DNA from: an uncultured Verrucomicrobiae bacterium
Lineage (GTDB): Bacteria > Verrucomicrobiota > Verrucomicrobiia > Chthoniobacterales > Terrimicrobiaceae
Assembly (NCBI GenBank): GCA_963706955.1
Contig: CAVPOC010000001.1
Location: 32,001-96,000 of the forward strand
Direction of reading: 5' to 3'
Length of the DNA: 64,000 nt
Under the pieces are notes generated by a model. It did no database searches. It was not told where the DNA came from and saw only the letters and a list, made by a program, of their open reading frames with translations. This document shows positions 61,833-64,000 of the stretch, piece by piece. Position 1 is the first letter of the stretch, and every line of letters starts with the position of its first letter. The translations under genes and the position numbers were made by a program.

Positions 61833-62678
61833 ATGGCATTGGAAGATAACGAGACAGGCTTTCAGCTGTATCTGAGAGAGATTGCACAATTTCCGCTGTT
61901 GACTCCTGAACAGGAAGTCAAGCTCGCGCGTCGGATTAAGCGCGGGGATCAAAATGCGCGGTCGGAAATGGTGCGTTCGAACTTGCGTCTCGTGGTCAAG
62001 ATTGCTCGCGACTACGCAAATCTTGGTTTGCCGCTGCTTGATCTTATTTCGGAAGGAAATATTGGCCTGATGAAGGCGGTGGAGCGCTTCGACCCGAAGA
62101 AGGGGGGCAAACTGAGCACGTATGCGGCGTGGTGGATCAAGCAGTCGATCAAGCGGGCTCTCGCGAATCAAAGCAAGACGATTCGGTTGCCGGTTCACTT
62201 GGTGGACAAAATTTCGAAGATGCGCCGGGTGGCGATGCAGATGACTGAAGAACTGGGCCGAGAGCCGACCGATGACGAATTGGCCGAGGAGATTGGCCTT
62301 TCCGCTTCGAAGGTTACACAGTTGAAGAGCGCCGCGGTGCGTCCTGCGTCACTTGATCAGCCGATCGGCGACGATGATTCAACCGAATTCGGCGAGATTG
62401 TGGGCGATGATGAAGCCGACGACCCTTTTGAGACCTTGCGCGACAAAGATCTTCGGGAGGAAGTCGGCGAGCTGCTCGACGTCCTCGATGATCGGGAGCG
62501 CCGGATCATAAACTCCCGATTCGGATTGGATGGTCAGAAGCCAAAGACGCTCGAGGAAGTGGGCGAGAAATTTGGGGTGACGCGCGAGCGAATCCGTCAG
62601 CTGCAGAACATCGCGCTGCACAAGCTTCGCAAGGCGCTTAGCAAGAAAGAGCGCCCAAAGGTCGAAGCCGTCATCTGA
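61833..62678 (+). CDS. RNA polymerase sigma-70 factor, RpoD/RpoS-like, lacking region 1.1
   Basis: YLREI..PLLT, NLRLVVKIA, DLISEGNIGLMKAVERFDP, STYAAWWIKQ, TLEEVG..FGVTRERIRQ. Confidence 0.95.
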   Translation: MALEDNETGFQLYLREIAQFPLLTPEQEVKLARRIKRGDQNARSEMVRSNLRLVVKIARDYANLGLPLLDLISEGNIGLMKAVERFDPKKGGKLSTYAAWWIKQSIKRALANQSKTIRLPVHLVDKISKMRRVAMQMTEELGREPTDDELAEEIGLSASKVTQLKSAAVRPASLDQPIGDDDSTEFGEIVGDDEADDPFETLRDKDLREEVGELLDVLDDRERRIINSRFGLDGQKPKTLEEVGEKFGVTRERIRQLQNIALHKLRKALSKKERPKVEAVI

Positions 62679-62738
62679 TCTCGCGACCAGCGAGGTCAGC
62701 GCCGCCGGGTGATTTTAGCGCCGACCGGGGCTAGAGCT

Positions 62739-64000
62739 GTGAAGAGGGCGCTCGTTTGGTTTCGTCGCGACCTACGAATTACCGACAACACGGCGCTTTG
62801 GGCAGCCGTGAGGCAGGCCGCGGAAGTGGTGCCCGTCTACATTCTCAGCGAATGGAACGGTTCGCATCGTTGGACAGGTGCCAATCGCCAGCAGTTCTTG
62901 TGCGGCTGCTTGTCGTCGCTGGCGCAAGATTTGACGGCGATCGGAGGGTGGTTAACCATTCGCCGAGGAAGGGCGGTCCAGGAACTCGCCACTCTCGCCA
63001 ACGAAATCGGGGCGCAGGCGATCTTTTTCAACCGGGATCCCGATCCGTTTGGACGGCAGATTGAGGGCGAACTTCTTGCGTTTGGCGAGAAGACGGGTGT
63101 CGAGATTGTTGGATTCTCCGACGCGACCGTCCACGAATCGGGCGAAGTCCTCAATTCCTCTGGCGAGCCTTTCCGGGTTTTTACGGCATATGCAAGAGCA
63201 TGGGTGAAAGCAGGGAAGGTCAAGTCGCAGGGTCGAGTTCGGACCATCAAGGTTCCCGAGGGTATTGCTTCGTTGGCCTTGCCGACCTTGGCGACGTGGG
63301 GGTTGCAGCCGGAGGCGGACGTGCTCGAGGCAGGCGAGAAGGCGGCACGCAGCCGGATGAAGCGATTCATCGAACATGGACTGGCCTCGTATGGGCGCCT
63401 GCGAAATTCACTTGCTGGGGATTTTACCTCGCGACTTTCTCAAGACCTTCGTTTCGGACTCCTGTCCATTCGCGAGCTCGTGGAAAGGTGTCAAGAGCGG
63501 GCTGCCCTATTGTCGGCGGGCGTAAGGAAGAATGCCGAGAAATTCATCAGTGAACTCATTTGGCGCGAGTTCTATTTCAGCATCCTCTGGCACTATCCCG
63601 ACGTCCTCGACACGGAATTCAATCCAAAATTCCGCGGAATGAAGTGGCCGGGGACTCGAGTGCATTTTGATCGGTGGCGCGCCGGCGAAACTGGCTTTCC
63701 GATTGTCGACGCGGCCATGCGGCAACTTGCTCAAACGGGCTTTATGCCCAATCGGGCGCGGATGATCGTCGCGATGTTTCTGACCAAGGACCTCCTCGTC
63801 GACTGGAGGCTGGGAGAAAGCTATTTCATGCAGAAACTAACCGACGGCGAAATCGCCAGCAACAACGGTGGGTGGCAATGGAGCGCCGGGACTGGTGCCG
63901 ACGCCGCGCCTTATTTTCGAATCCTGAATCCCTGGACACAAAGTGCGCGCTGCGATCCGGAGGGAGCATATGTAAAACAATGGGTGCCCGAGCTGAGGAG
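62739..64000 (+). CDS. phrB: Deoxyribodipyrimidine photolyase (class I), 3' end runs off the window
   Basis: Not in the ORF track. From GTG 62739: KRALVWFRRDLRITDN, TSRLSQDLRFG, ELIWREFY, GETGFPIVDAAMRQL, NNGGWQWSAGTG.DAAPYFRI. Confidence 0.93.
   Translation, partial: MKRALVWFRRDLRITDNTALWAAVRQAAEVVPVYILSEWNGSHRWTGANRQQFLCGCLSSLAQDLTAIGGWLTIRRGRAVQELATLANEIGAQAIFFNRDPDPFGRQIEGELLAFGEKTGVEIVGFSDATVHESGEVLNSSGEPFRVFTAYARAWVKAGKVKSQGRVRTIKVPEGIASLALPTLATWGLQPEADVLEAGEKAARSRMKRFIEHGLASYGRLRNSLAGDFTSRLSQDLRFGLLSIRELVERCQERAALLSAGVRKNAEKFISELIWREFYFSILWHYPDVLDTEFNPKFRGMKWPGTRVHFDRWRAGETGFPIVDAAMRQLAQTGFMPNRARMIVAMFLTKDLLVDWRLGESYFMQKLTDGEIASNNGGWQWSAGTGADAAPYFRILNPWTQSARCDPEGAYVKQWVPELR

Overview
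A GC-rich bacterial chromosomal segment, most likely Verrucomicrobiota, probably Chthoniobacterales. This is inferred from the long N-terminally extended GreA, the small PWNRPxxWEG lipoprotein and the general gene content. Most of the window is housekeeping or metabolic: glcD-glcF-cls, a ribose-type sugar ABC transporter, prfB with its programmed +1 frameshift, ftsB, eno, greA, a glgA-like gene, nuoA, ychF, RNase P RNA (rnpB), lipB, ruvC, a Fur-family gene, argH, tatC, recQ, rpsA, a metal ABC pair, a fructose PTS operon, a DD-carboxypeptidase, a sigma-70 factor and a photolyase running off the end. I found no tRNA, rRNA, CRISPR array, transposase or prophage. About 13 genes, several of them highly conserved, are broken by isolated small indels, which most likely reflects long-read assembly error. 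The least explained parts are: (i) 1-5.6 kb, with two SAM methyltransferases around a Cys-rich membrane protein, a putative permuted papain-like/HdeD fusion, and a decayed patch hiding two paralogous small-protein remnants and a small lipoprotein; (ii) a closely spaced run of MMPL, peptidoglycan-binding protein and three GT-C-like genes; (iii) a metal ABC operon with a Fur-type box and an unknown protein where the binding protein should be; (iv) a GlgA paralogue with degenerate catalytic motifs. All family assignments come from motif recognition by eye, not from database searches.
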